A stretch of 64,000 bases of DNA from Podarcis muralis (lineage: Eukaryota), in contig NC_135670.1 of the NCBI RefSeq assembly GCF_964188315.1, forward strand, positions 40,238,001 to 40,302,000, given 5' to 3'. The notes below the pieces were generated by a model, which saw nothing but the letters and a program-made list of their open reading frames with translations, was not told the DNA's origin and did no database searches. The translations under genes were made by a program, and so were the position numbers. Within the stretch, counting starts at the first letter, position 1. Every line of letters starts with the position of its first letter. Below are positions 62,692 through 64,000 of the stretch, piece after piece.

Positions 62692-64000
62692 TGACTTCTG
62701 GGTTGGCGCCATCGGTAATGGCAGATTCCCTCTGACTTTGAGGGACCGGCTCTGCGGGAATCGGGTCTGCACCGCTACGGCGAAGCAGGGACCCTTCAAA
62801 AATCACAGGCGGGTGAAGCCTGTGAGCGTGGGACTCGGCGGGCACCTTTCGCGCGCGCCCCCAATTTGCAAAGGAACCCATTTTTGGGCTCCAGAGCAAA
62901 GCGGGGCGAGTGGCGCGGTGCTGTGAGTCGACTGCTTCTTCCGCGGAGCGAAGCCGCACAGCCGTTATTGGAGAGCGCTGACTTTTTCCTGGGACAATTC
63001 GGCCATAAAAGCAACTACCCGTGATTAAGATAAAATCGGAAATAAAGAAAGAAAAAGGATTATTTCGGCACTGAAGCAGGGAGGCATAAACAGGAAGTCC
63101 GCCTTCCGTTTCTTGTAAATAGACTAAAGCAAAGAGACTGTAAGCTAAAACTTTGAGAGATGTTTGAAAAGGTCAAAAATCCTAACGTCAAATAAGCAAT
63201 CTCCCCTCCTGATTGCAGGAGAGGAGGGTGGTAAGGTTTGAAACGTACTTTCCTGCAAAAAAGAGAGGAAAGGAAGCTAAAATCCACCGCTTAAAACCTG
63301 GGAACGGACTGCCTATGGACAATAGGAATGCCGTACTGTGAAAAGCGCTGCTGGCAAATAGAGTACTTTTGACAGCTAACTCTGCAAGAGAGATACAGTG
63401 TTTCTGGCTGGCTTCTCCTGGTTTTAAAGTAACTGGAAATTAAGTGTAATTGAAACTGTTGTCTTTTTGCGAATTGGGGGATTAAAAAAAAAAGTTACCT
63501 TTTTTATGGTAACAAGTTTTGACTGCTACTGTGTCCCCCTAGAGGAAACTTGAAATTGTTACAATAACAACTGGGCCAGGGGAATTTTCCACTTCAAAAC
63601 AAACTCAGGCCGTGGGACTGACCTTGGACTTTAACTAGAGTGTTATGGCAGATGGAAAACAAAAGATAAGAGTTGCTTCAAGAAAAAACTACGAGGTCTG
63701 GTAGATCCTTTCATACAGATATTGGGCTGCAGCGAAGAGCATCAACATCTGGTCCTTCTGGACCATCAGGGGCTGCACCTGTACAAGTTAAATCAAAAGG
63801 AATGTCGTCTGAAGATGTTTTAGCTTTGGCTTTAGGAAAAATTAATGAATCTTTGGAAAATTTAACTAAACAAGTAGCTGAAACAAATAAACAAGTGGCT
63901 GAAGCATCAGTTAAAATTGATCAAAACACTACAAGTATTAACAATTTGGGACAGAAGGTGAACACCAATACAGAAACTATTGAGAAATTGCTACAGGAAT
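62692..64000 (+). mobile_element. 5' UTR and ORF1 start of an apparently full-length L1, running off the window
   Basis: CpG-rich leader starting gacttctgggttggcgccatcgg. ORF1-like coiled coil from 63802 (MSSEDVLALALGKINESLENLTKQVAETNKQVAEASVKIDQNTTSINNLGQKV...) is open to the window end. Confidence 0.7.

Noticed and set aside
1-64000. CRISPR arrays, rRNA genes, operons or other prokaryotic systems
   Set aside because: None seen; the window is intron-rich vertebrate DNA and its tandem repeats are simple microsatellites.

Overview
Vertebrate genomic DNA, inferred to be a squamate and probably a lacertid lizard (Sauria SINEs, BovB/RTE, CR1, L2 and L1 LINEs). There is one assembly gap at 3069-3207. 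Splice sites and reading frames, checked by hand, support four recognisable genes: the last five coding exons of AACS (+), B3GNT4 (+), DIABLO/Smac (-, 6 coding exons) and VPS33A (-, 13 coding exons). A compact multi-exon gene resembling the N-terminal part of reptile maestro HEAT-like (MROH) proteins follows on +. The ORF track misses two things. (1) A hidden three-exon gene on - between VPS33A and DIABLO, with a TATA/MEF2-like box and E-boxes, whose first AUG opens a 67-aa protein with a hydrophobic C-terminus. (2) A second, in-frame, splice-competent copy of most of DIABLO exon 3 inside intron 4. The rest is introns, UTRs and nested transposons, ending in the 5' part of an apparently full-length L1. 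All family names come from recalled sequence similarity; no database search was run.
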